From contig JANWHC010000028.1 in NCBI GenBank assembly GCA_025450615.1, positions 1-38,291 on the forward strand: DNA of 38,291 bases, given 5' to 3'. This document shows positions 18,295 to 28,181 of this stretch, one piece after another. Position numbers and translations under genes: made by a program. The notes under the pieces were generated by a model. That model had not been told where the DNA came from, did not search any database, and worked only from the letters and a program-made list of their open reading frames with translations. The stretch is from Minisyncoccota bacterium. Lineage in GTDB: Bacteria > Patescibacteriota > Minisyncoccia > Phycocordibacterales > DATDWN01. The stretch's first letter is position 1; every line of letters begins with the position of its first letter.

Positions 18295-19062
18295 TTATTG
18301 ATTAGGATACCAATTTTCTAATCTGACTTCGATGTTTGGATTTCCAGCATTTACCAGTTGTTTAAATTTATTTATGTCACTTAAGCCATCTTGTCCGCGA
18401 TAGTGATATGGGTAAACAACTTTTGGTTTGAAGGCGAGTACTGCGTCCGCAGCTTCTTCCACGGTCATAGTAAACGGGGGATTCATTGGCACGAGTGCAA
18501 TGTCAATATTTTTTAAGGTTTTCATCTCAGGAGTTCCAGAAGTATCTCCAGCAACATACACTCGGAAATTATTTTTTTCAATTACATAACCATTCCCACG
18601 ACCTTTTGTGTGACGGCTTGTGGTGGCTTCAGGTAAGTTGTACATTGGAATCGCTTCAATACTAAAGCCTTGGACTAATATTTTGTCACCATTTTTCATA
18701 ACCCTTGAAGTCGATGCGAGATTTGCAGGGAGTAAATCTTTTACAGCTTGTGGAACAATTAAAGTTGAAGAGGCAATTACAGCAGATAGGGTACTTGTAC
18801 TTAGATGATCACCATGAATATCAGTTACTAAAATAATCTGAGGAACTTTCTTGCCTGCAAAAGCCTCTAGCCCGCCGGTAGGGTCTGTATATATTGCCAC
18901 ATCACCCCATTGTATTACGGAGGTTGCATGTGTTATTGGAATTATTTGGGCTTTTAGAGTTTCAGTTTCAACTACTGGTTCAGTCTTTGTTTTATTGCTA
19001 AGCATGTACAAGCCGATTCCCAGAAGTATGACGACTATAACTAATATGATTGTATTTTTCAT
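18295..19062 (-). CDS. MBL-fold metallo-hydrolase, membrane-anchored
   Basis: TDIHGDH, AGDT, YPYHY. Confidence 0.88.
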   Translation of the reverse strand: MKNTIILVIVVILLGIGLYMLSNKTKTEPVVETETLKAQIIPITHATSVIQWGDVAIYTDPTGGLEAFAGKKVPQIILVTDIHGDHLSTSTLSAVIASSTLIVPQAVKDLLPANLASTSRVMKNGDKILVQGFSIEAIPMYNLPEATTSRHTKGRGNGYVIEKNNFRVYVAGDTSGTPEMKTLKNIDIALVPMNPPFTMTVEEAADAVLAFKPKVVYPYHYRGQDGLSDINKFKQLVNAGNPNIEVRLENWYPNQ

Positions 19063-19103
19063 GACTCAATTATACCCAGAGATAGGATGAAGAACAATTG
19101 AAC

Positions 19104-19910
19104 TTAAAAATTACATTTAGCGGGTGACCCTTCTCGAAATCCTAAATTAAATGAAGATACACGTTGTGCAGACGAGCCATGGGTCCATGTCTCAGGATTA
19201 ACCCTCCCATTTACTTTTTCTTGAATTCGATCGTCTCCAACCGCACTCGCCGCATCTATTGCTTCTTGTATTTCTCCAGGCATAAACACACCCAGGTCTT
19301 TAATAGAATATGCCCAAACTCCAGCTAAACAATCGGCTTGCAGTTCAGTTTTTACCGATTCCTCGTTAGTTGAGTTTTCATTTAAAGTATTTAATAAATT
19401 TTGCACATGATGACCCACTTCATGTGAAATAACATAAGCTTCCGCTACATCACCGCCCTCTGCACCAAAACGTTCGGTAAGTTCATCAAAAAAAGTTTCA
19501 TCTAAATAAATAGTTTCATCTAAGGGACAATAATGTGGTCCGTGTCTACTATCTGCTCCGCCACACTCTGAATTAGTGCTTCCTCTAAATAACACCAAAG
19601 TCGGTTCTCTATACGTTAAATTATTTTGATTAAATACCTTGGTCCAAAGTTCATTATTGGATCCAAGAACAATAGAAGTAAATACCTCATATGAATCTGC
19701 ACCATCAAAATCTTTTGACTCATAAGTAGATGTTGTGGCAGGAATATTTTGTAGATCATTTATAACATCGGTTGCATCACCCCCTCCAAAAAAGTTTAAA
19801 AGAAGAACGATGACAAGGCCAGTAAGACCAATTCCACCTCCCAACATTGGACCCATTCCTCTTCTGTCATTTACATTTCCTCTACTTTGTATTTTTTCCC
19901 ATAGTGCCAT
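19104..19910 (-). CDS. YpfJ-like neutral zinc metallopeptidase
   Basis: GPHYCPLD, ISHEVGHHVQ, ELQADCLAG, THGSSAQR. Confidence 0.92.
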   Translation of the reverse strand: MALWEKIQSRGNVNDRRGMGPMLGGGIGLTGLVIVLLLNFFGGGDATDVINDLQNIPATTSTYESKDFDGADSYEVFTSIVLGSNNELWTKVFNQNNLTYREPTLVLFRGSTNSECGGADSRHGPHYCPLDETIYLDETFFDELTERFGAEGGDVAEAYVISHEVGHHVQNLLNTLNENSTNEESVKTELQADCLAGVWAYSIKDLGVFMPGEIQEAIDAASAVGDDRIQEKVNGRVNPETWTHGSSAQRVSSFNLGFREGSPAKCNF

Positions 19911-20043
19911 TCTCAAATTATGTAATTAAACAAGTGAATTTAAAATGAGGAATGTTAAAAAGAAAATCTCGTCGATAAAATAAATTAAAATTAATAAAAA
20001 ATTCAATTGCAAAGCTATGATTTTCTGGTATTATCTTAAACAT

Positions 20044-20115
20044 TCCGGTGTAGCTCAGTGGTAGAGCAATCGCCTGTTAAGCGATTGGTCGTAGGTTCGA
20101 TCCCTACCGCCGGAG
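20044..20115 (+). tRNA. tRNA-Asn(GTT), CCA not encoded
   Basis: Acceptor TCCGGTG/CGCCGGA; anticodon arm ATCGC-CTGTTAA-GCGAT; T arm GTAGG-TTCGATC-CCTAC; promoter TTGCAA-16-TATTAT. Confidence 0.96.
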
Positions 20116-20149
20116 CAAAAACAAACCCCGAAAGGGGTTTTTGTTTTGC
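20115..20149 (+). terminator. tRNA terminator
   Basis: AAACCCC-GAAA-GGGGTTT with T tract. Confidence 0.85.
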
Positions 20150-20283
20150 CCGGCGGAGTAAAAGTGTGGGACACTTTTACGTTAGGAATCGAAAACCTGT
20201 GATAGTTTTTTAAGACGAAGTGAATTAAAAAACAGAACAGGTGTACAGAAACTGTAGGTTTCGATATCCCTACCGTCGGAGCA
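20147..20283. repeat. Palindromic element made of inverted and direct copies of the tRNA-Asn 3' end
   Basis: Antisense copy TGC-CCGGCGG[hairpin]TAGGAATCGAAAACCT; sense copy GTAGGTTTCGATATCCCTACCGTCGGAGCA (20254-20283). Confidence 0.8.
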
Positions 20284-20316
20284 CTTTTATGCTAGAGTAT
20301 TCACAGAGGAGGCGAG

Positions 20317-21057
20317 ATGAAGAAGCATCTTGCTGTAGCATTTCTGATTTGTTGCCTGTCTTTTGAGTCAAGGCAGGCTCTAAACCAAAGGCTCCTGGTT
20401 GCCTTAGAGCTCTCGCTTGATGGAGCGCTAGAGTACGATTCGAATATGAATCTAACTCTCGGCACGGATTTTTTGTCGCCGAAAGGGACAGTTATTTTCT
20501 TATCGAAGGACGAAGGAATGAGACGCATGGTCGAATTTGCTCGTAAGAACGAGCTGGAATTCGGCATGATTTTTCTACCTGAGTGGAATGCGTGGATAAC
20601 TGAATCAGTTAGGAGATTAGACAGTTTCCTCATTTTGGATAGTAAGTACATGACCGCTGCCTGTTCTGCAGGGATAAAAACAGGCATTGGGCACATCCAC
20701 AACACGCTGGAAATCGACATTGAGCCACTAGAGGAGTATCAAGGACTTGTCATCCAGTCGACAATGCCATCTGATATTGATCTCATGCAATTTGATTCTG
20801 TGACCCGAGATTGCCCCTATGCGGACATTTTCGGGTTCATAACTCACGTTTTCGGCGTGACGTACTATGCTGGTAGCGAAAGGGGCTGGGCGATACCTGA
20901 ATACGTACACTTTGCGGTTAAGCAGGAGGCAATCGACCTAAACCGAAGCGCTCGAAGGCTGTCCTCAGAGTTGATGCTCCCGACGTTTACAGAGGGACAC
21001 AAAGGTTTCGTTCGCCTCTGGTTCGAGTTCTTGCCACAGGAGAAGGACTCGAAGTGA
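20317..21057 (+). CDS. Putative secreted protein with JAB/MPN+-like motif
   Basis: Signal-like N-terminus; ELEFG...GHIHN...PSDIDL; GAGGAGG SD; TGC-TAGAGT extended -10. Confidence 0.65.
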   Translation: MKKHLAVAFLICCLSFESRQALNQRLLVALELSLDGALEYDSNMNLTLGTDFLSPKGTVIFLSKDEGMRRMVEFARKNELEFGMIFLPEWNAWITESVRRLDSFLILDSKYMTAACSAGIKTGIGHIHNTLEIDIEPLEEYQGLVIQSTMPSDIDLMQFDSVTRDCPYADIFGFITHVFGVTYYAGSERGWAIPEYVHFAVKQEAIDLNRSARRLSSELMLPTFTEGHKGFVRLWFEFLPQEKDSK

Positions 21058-21067
21058 CCAGAAAAAT

Positions 21068-21110
21068 AAGTCCGCAATGAAGCTCGCTTCACTGCGGACT
21101 TCATTGTTTT
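21068..21110 (+). terminator. Intrinsic terminator
   Basis: AAGTCCGCA-ATGAAG-CTCG-CTTCA-CTGCGGACTT followed by T-rich tail. Confidence 0.8.
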
Positions 21111-21141
21111 TAAATAAATAAAAAAGTAGTATAATTAGTCT

Positions 21142-21519
21142 ATGAACATCAAAATCAGGGGAGTTAATTGCGAGATTACTGGACCGATTAGTGATTATGT
21201 AAATAGAAAAATTTCGTCTCTTGAAAAATTTTTAGAAAAAAAGTCAGAAACTATTTGTGAAATAGAAATTGGTAAAACAACAAATCACCATAAGTCCGGT
21301 GATATTTTTAGAGCAGAAATAAATCTAATGGAGCCTGGAAAGGGTCAAGTTTTTGCTACAGCGGAAGCAAACGATTTATATTCAGCTATTGATATAATTC
21401 GAGACGAAGCAGAGAGGGAAATTGTTACACACAAGAAAAAGAAAGACACACTTTTTCGACGTGGAGCAGGGCAAGTAAAAAATTTACTAAAGAGACTTAA
21501 TTTTAGGAAGAATCGATAA
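21142..21519 (+). CDS. hpf: Ribosome hibernation factor HPF/RaiA
   Basis: MNIKIRG..YVNRKISSLEKF..FRAEINL..DLYSAID. Confidence 0.9.
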   Translation: MNIKIRGVNCEITGPISDYVNRKISSLEKFLEKKSETICEIEIGKTTNHHKSGDIFRAEINLMEPGKGQVFATAEANDLYSAIDIIRDEAEREIVTHKKKKDTLFRRGAGQVKNLLKRLNFRKNR

Positions 21520-21524
21520 CTTTT

Positions 21525-21710
21525 ATGATAAATCTAAATCAAAATGTTCCTGTTGGCAGTTTGAAGCAAAAAGCAAATTGGTTTTTAGTTGGATTCGTGT
21601 TTGGTTGTATTTTTATTATCATTCTTCTTTTGTATGTTATGCAAAAGTCCGAAGCAAAAGCTCTTCTACTTGACTCGGTTTCCTTAAACTCAGAATATAA
21701 TTCAGATTAA
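21525..21710 (+). CDS. Small single-TM protein
   Basis: 61 aa with one hydrophobic helix, directly after hpf. Confidence 0.5.
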   Translation: MINLNQNVPVGSLKQKANWFLVGFVFGCIFIIILLLYVMQKSEAKALLLDSVSLNSEYNSD

Positions 21711-22561
21711 TTCAAATTTCTAGAAAAACTTTCGTAAGAGATTTCTTTTTTGCCTTCCGGAACAACTTTAAGTGGGATAAACTCTCCATTTTGAAAAGTT
21801 GCCTCAGTTATTTTAACTCGAGTTCTTACATTATTTTTTTCAACAAAGAAAAAAACACTTGGCCAGCCATGGTATGCTCGGTACTTTCTGTATAATTCTT
21901 CTGGATTTTCAGTTAGCTTTATTTCACCATCTTCTTTTTTAATTTTGCCACAACGGGTTTTTTCTATGTGGTTCTGTTCTACAGGCTTAATTTCGCCTGA
22001 AATATATTTAGGCAATGTTTCTACTAAAAGTTTTTTTCCGATTTGATTCAGTCTATTTCTAAGCTCTGGGGCAGTTTCCTCTGAGTCTATATCGACTTCT
22101 TCGAGAGCTATTACCGGTCCCGCATCTAGCTCATAAACCATTTTTTGGATACAAACACCAGTTTTTGTTTCTCCATTTAATATTGCGCTTTCAACAGGGG
22201 TTGCGCCACGATATTTCGGAAGTAAGGAATAATGAATATTAAGCGTACCGTATTTAGGTATATTTATTAAATCTTCTGGAAGAATTTTGCCATAAGCAAC
22301 GACAATAAATAAATCCCAAGAAGTTTTTTTTAATTTTTCTAAAAACTCCTCAGTTATTTTTTCTGGCTGAATGATCTGAATATTATTTTCCTCTGCCCAT
22401 TTTTTTGGTTCAGGTGAAGTTAGGATAAGTTTTCTGCCAACTGGAGCATCTGGCCCAGTCACAATAAGTTCTGGTGAAAAGTTTGAATTTTTTAATTCCT
22501 CTAAAATCTCAAGTGTTAATGGAGGAGTGCCAAAAAAAGCGATGCGCAAATTATTTTTCAT
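21707..22561 (-). CDS. fmt: Methionyl-tRNA formyltransferase
   Basis: FFGTP, VVAYGKIL, NIHYSLLPKYRGATP, LDAGP. Confidence 0.96.
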   Translation of the reverse strand: MKNNLRIAFFGTPPLTLEILEELKNSNFSPELIVTGPDAPVGRKLILTSPEPKKWAEENNIQIIQPEKITEEFLEKLKKTSWDLFIVVAYGKILPEDLINIPKYGTLNIHYSLLPKYRGATPVESAILNGETKTGVCIQKMVYELDAGPVIALEEVDIDSEETAPELRNRLNQIGKKLLVETLPKYISGEIKPVEQNHIEKTRCGKIKKEDGEIKLTENPEELYRKYRAYHGWPSVFFFVEKNNVRTRVKITEATFQNGEFIPLKVVPEGKKEISYESFSRNLN

Positions 22562-22562
22562 T

Positions 22563-23108
22563 CTATTTCTGTGAATTAGGAGGCATATCTTCTATATCTT
22601 TTGCTTTATCGATAAACAAAATACCATTTAAATGGTCTACTTCGTGTTGAAAAATCTGAGCCAAAAGACCAACTCCTCCTCTTTCAAATTTTTTACCATT
22701 TTCATCATAAGCTTCGATAGTCGCTTTGTTACTTCGATTAACTTTTCCATAAAGATATCTAACAGATAAACACCCCTCTTCAACACTCTTTTTTTCCTTG
22801 GATAGTTTTTTGATAACAGGGTTTATAAAAATAAGTTTTTGAGAATTCTTAATTTTTGAATCAATTAGTATATCAGTCCCTTCTTTGACTTTTTTATCTA
22901 TCTCAAATATTCTCTCCGAGATAATGAACATCCTAAGTGAGTATCCAATTTGTGGTGCTGCAATTGCCACGCCATCATCTTGTGACATTAAAGCTTCTTT
23001 CATCTCAGAAAGCATCTTTTTTATCTTAGGAGTGCCTATCTCATTTAGAGAAACTTCCTTAGCTATTTCTCTCAATATTTTAACGTCTTTTTGAAGGATT
23101 TTCTTCAT
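22563..23108 (-). CDS. def: Peptide deformylase
   Basis: GVAIAAPQIG, EGCLS, QHEVDHLNG. Confidence 0.97.
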   Translation of the reverse strand: MKKILQKDVKILREIAKEVSLNEIGTPKIKKMLSEMKEALMSQDDGVAIAAPQIGYSLRMFIISERIFEIDKKVKEGTDILIDSKIKNSQKLIFINPVIKKLSKEKKSVEEGCLSVRYLYGKVNRSNKATIEAYDENGKKFERGGVGLLAQIFQHEVDHLNGILFIDKAKDIEDMPPNSQK

Positions 23109-23139
23109 AATTTTCTTTACCTTAACACAAAAAAGTGCT

Positions 23140-25056
23140 TTACAGAAGGGTAACGGGGTCTACTCTTATCGACACATTTGGAGGAAGAGACCGCAATTTG
23201 GAAAGAAGAGACTCCTCAATCCATTTACCGCGAGGTAAGGAAATGAGACCATTTACTGTATATTTTTCCTTACTACCCGGGTTCCATGCATCAAAAGTAT
23301 TTACTTCAAAAGGCAACATAAACTCAGAAATTTCCGTCATCTCTTTTTTAATTTTTGTCTTATCTCCAGTAAGTGAGATTTTTATATATGTTGTAAAAGG
23401 TGGATAACCGATAGATTTTCTATCATCAATCTCGTCACGATAAAAATCAACAAGATTCCCGCGAATTGCATAGTCAAAAATTCTCGTGTTTTCCTGTCGA
23501 GTTTGAACTAGCATATTTTTCTCAGAAAGATTTCTCAAATCTAGTAGGATATGAAATATTTTTTCATTTATTTTAAAGTCTGGTATTGAAAAATATGAGT
23601 CCATAGAAACGACTGCAGTGTTTTGAACTTTTCGGTTGAGGTAAGTTAAAGCAAGCTCAGTTCCAATCATTATGCTTCCAGGAGTGTTATAAAAAGTTTC
23701 GCGGAGTTTTACGGCTTGTTTGTGGGTTTTTATATTATCTTTATCCATAATCAACACATTAGCTTTTGGAAAAAGATTTTTTAATTCTTCCAATACAGTT
23801 TCTGTTCCAATACCAAGAGGATTTAATCTCCAACCCTTGCAGTACTGGCAAAGCTCCGCAGCGTCTCTTCTTTCTCCACAATGATGACAAACAAAAAGAT
23901 TATTTTTTGATCCAGCTGTCATTTCTTTTTTTCTATATAAAACAACAGGTGCAGAGCAATTTTTACAAACTACAACAGTACCACAGTCTGAGCACACAGT
24001 TACTGGACTAAACCCACGTCTACCACAAAACAAAAAAGTTTGTTCGTTATTTTCTGTGGCATTTCTTATTATTTTTTTTAGTTCGTCCCCAATTACTGAA
24101 AATTCTTTAGTCTTTAGATTTTGAGGCACTCTAGTGCTAACTATTCTGCAATCGGCTGGACTTACGGAACGAAATTTTAGCGGAGAAAGCTCTGAATAGG
24201 AACTATTTTTATCTGGATTTTTTAATTCCCATAAAGTTTCTACACGAAGTAAAGTATCACCCAAAACTAATCGGATTTTTGACTCCTCAGCAAAAAATTC
24301 TACAGCTTGTCTAATATCTATAAAAGGCCTTGTTTGCATTTTATATGACCTTGAACTTTCTTTTTCTAAAACTATCGTTCCTAAGTTATTTATGGGCAGA
24401 GCAAGAAATGATCCACTGGTCACTACTACGATCGGATGAGTTTCGGTCGCTATTTTTTTCCACAAATCAGTTATTTCTTTTTTTGGGAGTGCTCCGTGTA
24501 TTACATAAGTATATTTTTCAATACCTTTCTCTAAGAGTACTTTTGCGTTTAAGATATCTTCAGTGGTCGGCATACAAAAGAGAACAGAGTGTCCTTTTGC
24601 AAATTCCTCGCGAATTAAGCTTTTATATGTAGCAAAACGCTCTTCTTCGTCGGATTGTAAAAGTAATGTTTCAAAAAAAACCTTAGGTGCTTTACTTGGG
24701 ACAGGAAAAGATAATTCTTTTGTTGATTCAAGAATTATTTTGGGAATTAAAGCAGCTAAGACACTTCCAATAGTTCCCGCATTAAAGTCAGCAATTTTCT
24801 TACAACTTTCAACGAAATCTCTAGATAAAAATGAATACGATTCTATTTTGTCGATCTTTTTTATACTGTAGTCAAGAGATTTAAGTTCAGTTTTTAAATC
24901 CTCTGCATTATTCGTCCCGATAACTAAACCCAACGCTTTTTTTGATCTTAAGGGGATAGAAACGATCGATCCTAAAGGAACATCTTCCTTAGCAAAATAG
25001 GTGAGAGTGTCTTTGCCTATACCTTTGGCTATTGGAATCGTCGTCAAAATTCGCAT
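23140..25056 (-). CDS. priA: Primosomal protein N' (degenerate helicase motifs)
   Basis: N-terminal 3'-binding region (LTY..GSIVSIPL), RRGFS, four CxxC, GIGTE, YPPF; adjacent to def-fmt. Confidence 0.88.
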   Translation of the reverse strand: MRILTTIPIAKGIGKDTLTYFAKEDVPLGSIVSIPLRSKKALGLVIGTNNAEDLKTELKSLDYSIKKIDKIESYSFLSRDFVESCKKIADFNAGTIGSVLAALIPKIILESTKELSFPVPSKAPKVFFETLLLQSDEEERFATYKSLIREEFAKGHSVLFCMPTTEDILNAKVLLEKGIEKYTYVIHGALPKKEITDLWKKIATETHPIVVVTSGSFLALPINNLGTIVLEKESSRSYKMQTRPFIDIRQAVEFFAEESKIRLVLGDTLLRVETLWELKNPDKNSSYSELSPLKFRSVSPADCRIVSTRVPQNLKTKEFSVIGDELKKIIRNATENNEQTFLFCGRRGFSPVTVCSDCGTVVVCKNCSAPVVLYRKKEMTAGSKNNLFVCHHCGERRDAAELCQYCKGWRLNPLGIGTETVLEELKNLFPKANVLIMDKDNIKTHKQAVKLRETFYNTPGSIMIGTELALTYLNRKVQNTAVVSMDSYFSIPDFKINEKIFHILLDLRNLSEKNMLVQTRQENTRIFDYAIRGNLVDFYRDEIDDRKSIGYPPFTTYIKISLTGDKTKIKKEMTEISEFMLPFEVNTFDAWNPGSKEKYTVNGLISLPRGKWIEESLLSKLRSLPPNVSIRVDPVTLL

Positions 25057-25119
25057 TTGGCCATTATAGCAAAAGGAGGGTATACAAAGGACTTGCTCTA
25101 ATAAGAAAATTGATGCTAA

Positions 25120-25881
25120 TTAAATTAATACCTCCATTAAGTTATCTGCATCAAAAACATACATTGTGTTTTCGCTAGCTTTTACAAAAGCGGGATCTTG
25201 ACCTCGATATATCGGCATAAAGTTCTGACCACCAAAAGAGTCGACTTCGATTGCATACACTGAGTTTGTTGTCGAAAATATTACAACATCGCTTCTATTT
25301 CTATAAAAATCAACATTTTTAATTATTGTGTCTGGTTGGATAACTTTTTTTGTTGTACTTCCAAATTGCACGATTATCGCGTTGTCGTCTAACCAAAGAG
25401 TTGTTGTTTTATCAAAAGAAATTTTAGGATTTTGTGCGGTCGGTGTAATATCCTTAATAATTTTATTTCTAATATTAAAATATTCCGGATCATTTTGAGT
25501 GATGATTTCTCCAGTTGCGTTTTGCGAAATAAAAAGTGGATGGAGTTCTAAAGTTTCTCCAGATGGAACAGTGAAATCTTTTTTCCATGGAAAGTAACCT
25601 TCGCGTGAAATTATTATTGTGTGCTTGCGCGGTGAGAAGGGAATAGTTACTTCCTCATTATCTTTTGAGGTAGTAATTTTTTTTGTTTCATCAATAAAAA
25701 TTGATGTAAGTGGAAGTGGTATTTTTAGGACGACAGTTCCAATTTTCCCAACAGTAAAATTATTTTTTATTCTAAATCCATTTTTGAAACCTATAAATCC
25801 TAAAATCAATATTAAAATAATGACAATTATGGTTGTGTAGGATCTTTTATTATTAAGAATGTGATTTTTTGCATTATCCAT
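25120..25881 (-). CDS. Membrane-anchored PEGA-like domain protein
   Basis: N-terminal TM; HTIIISREGYFPWKK. Confidence 0.65.
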   Translation of the reverse strand: MDNAKNHILNNKRSYTTIIVIILILILGFIGFKNGFRIKNNFTVGKIGTVVLKIPLPLTSIFIDETKKITTSKDNEEVTIPFSPRKHTIIISREGYFPWKKDFTVPSGETLELHPLFISQNATGEIITQNDPEYFNIRNKIIKDITPTAQNPKISFDKTTTLWLDDNAIIVQFGSTTKKVIQPDTIIKNVDFYRNRSDVVIFSTTNSVYAIEVDSFGGQNFMPIYRGQDPAFVKASENTMYVFDADNLMEVLI

Positions 25882-25906
25882 TGTTTTAGCTCATAGTATA
25901 CCCAAC

Positions 25907-26920
25907 ATGAGTATTTTCTCAAAAAAATTAGGAATAGATCTTGGCACTGCAAACATATTAGTCTATGTTCCAGGTAAGGGTATTGTTTTAAATGAGCCTT
26001 CTGTTGTGGCAGTTTCAGAGTCTGACAACCGAATCGTGGCTATAGGCATTGAAGCCAAAGAGATGATAGGGCGCACACCTGAGAGTATTATAGCATACAG
26101 ACCCATGAAAGATGGTGTAATTGCTGATTATCGGGTTACTGAGGCTATGCTCAGATACTATATTGATAAAGCTTTGGGCAAATGGAACTTCACAAAACCA
26201 GAAGTACTAGTTTCTGTGCCAGCTGGAGTTACTTCAACCGAACGCCGTGCGGTTATAGAAGCAGCAATTCGCGCTGGAGCAAAGAATGCTTATGTGGTTA
26301 AAGAGCCTATTTTAGCGGCAATTGGCGCTGGAATTCCTATTCACGAAGCTATAGGGCATATGATCGTTGATATCGGAGGAGGAACAACAGACGTGGCAGT
26401 TATTTCTTTAGGTGGAATTGTTTCTTCAACTTCTGTAAAATGTGCTGGAAATAAAATCGACTACGCGATTGCAGATTATATAAAGAAAACTTTTAACCTT
26501 GGAATCGGGGATAAAACTGCAGAAGATATAAAAATAAAAATTGGTTCTGCAATTCCTGTGGACGAAGAACTCGCTATGGTAATAAAAGGACGTGATTTCG
26601 TCACAGGACTTCCAAGAAGTGTTGAAATAAAAACAAATGAAATTGTAAAAGCGATAAGTAAGGATTTACGGGAAATGATTAAGGCTATTAAAGATGTTTT
26701 ACAAGAGACTCCACCAGAACTTTCTTCAGATATTATAGATCAAGGAATTATTATGACTGGTGGCTCAAGTCAGCTTCGAAATTTTCCAGAACTTGTTTTT
26801 CGCCGAACAGGTGTAAAAGCTGTTTTGGCTAAAGATGCTATGTACTGTGTCGCAAACGGCACAGGAATCGCCTTAGAGCACCTCGATATGTACAAGAGAA
26901 GTGTGATTAGTAAGCGTTAA
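25907..26920 (+). CDS. mreB: MreB/Mbl actin-like protein, stand-alone paralog
   Basis: GIDLGTAN, EPSVVA, DIGGGTTD, TGGSSQL. Confidence 0.93.
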   Translation: MSIFSKKLGIDLGTANILVYVPGKGIVLNEPSVVAVSESDNRIVAIGIEAKEMIGRTPESIIAYRPMKDGVIADYRVTEAMLRYYIDKALGKWNFTKPEVLVSVPAGVTSTERRAVIEAAIRAGAKNAYVVKEPILAAIGAGIPIHEAIGHMIVDIGGGTTDVAVISLGGIVSSTSVKCAGNKIDYAIADYIKKTFNLGIGDKTAEDIKIKIGSAIPVDEELAMVIKGRDFVTGLPRSVEIKTNEIVKAISKDLREMIKAIKDVLQETPPELSSDIIDQGIIMTGGSSQLRNFPELVFRRTGVKAVLAKDAMYCVANGTGIALEHLDMYKRSVISKR

Positions 26921-26943
26921 TATTTTTTTGTTATAATACCCAC

Positions 26944-27612
26944 ATGCATTCGTTCATGGAATTATATAGGGAGAGGGAAACTCTCCATCATGCTTATCTT
27001 TTGGTGACTCACAAAATTGAGGAAGAGGCATCGAAACTGAAACATTTTCTTGAGGAAATTGTTGGAATAAAAACTACTGGGAATCCAGACTATTCGCATT
27101 CTAAATTTGAAACAATGACGATAGCTGATGCTAGAACTATTACTGAAAGCGAAATGAGAAAAGGTATTGCTGGAGGTAAAAAGATTTTTGTTATTGAAAC
27201 AGATTTTATAACAGAGGAAGCACAAAATGCGTTGCTTAAAGTTTTTGAAGAGCCTAGGGATGGGACCCACTTTTTCATTTTCTCTCCACAAGATACACTT
27301 TTGCCTACCTTAAAAAGCCGGATGATGGTTTTTCATGGAGATAAAGGAGAACTAGAAGTTGGTTCTTTCCTTAAGCTTTCGATGACAGAAAGAATGGATA
27401 AGGTTAAAGAAATAGTAGAGGAAATAAATGATGAAGAAAAAACAAAACAGGATGCAATAAGTTTTATAAACAATATTGAGAGTGAATTACATGGAAGTGG
27501 TGTCGAAAATAAAGCAAAATCTCTCGAAGCTTGTCAGTTTGCTAGAAAAGCACTACTAGATCGTGGCGCACCAATCAAAATGATCTTGGAGAATTTAGTT
27601 CTTTCGATCTGA
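26944..27612 (+). CDS. holB: DNA polymerase III delta'-like protein (short)
   Basis: HHAYL, NPD, EAQNALLKVFEEP, LLPTLKSR. Confidence 0.75.
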   Translation: MHSFMELYRERETLHHAYLLVTHKIEEEASKLKHFLEEIVGIKTTGNPDYSHSKFETMTIADARTITESEMRKGIAGGKKIFVIETDFITEEAQNALLKVFEEPRDGTHFFIFSPQDTLLPTLKSRMMVFHGDKGELEVGSFLKLSMTERMDKVKEIVEEINDEEKTKQDAISFINNIESELHGSGVENKAKSLEACQFARKALLDRGAPIKMILENLVLSI

Positions 27613-27626
27613 TATAATAGAAATCT

Positions 27627-28178
27627 ATGCAATATAACTTCACTGAAATAAAAAAGAATGTGAAAGAGACAGAAGAGTGGCTAAAAAAAGAGTTTTCGAG
27701 TGTCAGAACTGGCAGAGCAAGCCCAGCTATTTTAGATGGGGTAAAAGTTGAAGCCTATGGAAATGATATGCCCATTTCTCAAGTAGCCAATATTTCTGTG
27801 GAAGACGCCCGAATGCTTCGGATTTCTCCTTGGGATAACAGCGTCACAAAGTCTATCGAAAAAGCTATCTTAGTTTCTGACTTAGGACTTTCTGTCACAG
27901 TGGATGACAAAGGTCTTCGAGTGGTTTTTCCTGATCTTACTTCAGACAGAAGGCAATCACTAGTTAAAGTAGCAAAGCAAAAACTTGAAGATGCGCGTAT
28001 TAAACTTCGCGGAGATAGAGAGAAAGTTTTGAAAGACATAGATAAGAAAGAAAAAGAAGGCGGAATGTCAGAAGACGAGAAGTTTAGATTTAAGACTGAA
28101 CTTCAGAAAATTTTAGATGATTCAACTAAAGTTTTAGAAGATGCTTTTACAAAGAAAGAGAAGGAAATTCTAGAATAA
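27627..28178 (+). CDS. frr: Ribosome recycling factor
   Basis: VRTGRASP, ISPWD, PDLTSDRR, KKEKEI. Confidence 0.96.
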   Translation: MQYNFTEIKKNVKETEEWLKKEFSSVRTGRASPAILDGVKVEAYGNDMPISQVANISVEDARMLRISPWDNSVTKSIEKAILVSDLGLSVTVDDKGLRVVFPDLTSDRRQSLVKVAKQKLEDARIKLRGDREKVLKDIDKKEKEGGMSEDEKFRFKTELQKILDDSTKVLEDAFTKKEKEILE

Positions 28179-28181
28179 TCC

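Noticed and set aside
20116..21110. Prophage or integrative island at tRNA-Asn
   Set aside because: The direct repeat is only about 160 bp from the tRNA, encloses no genes, and no integrase is present.
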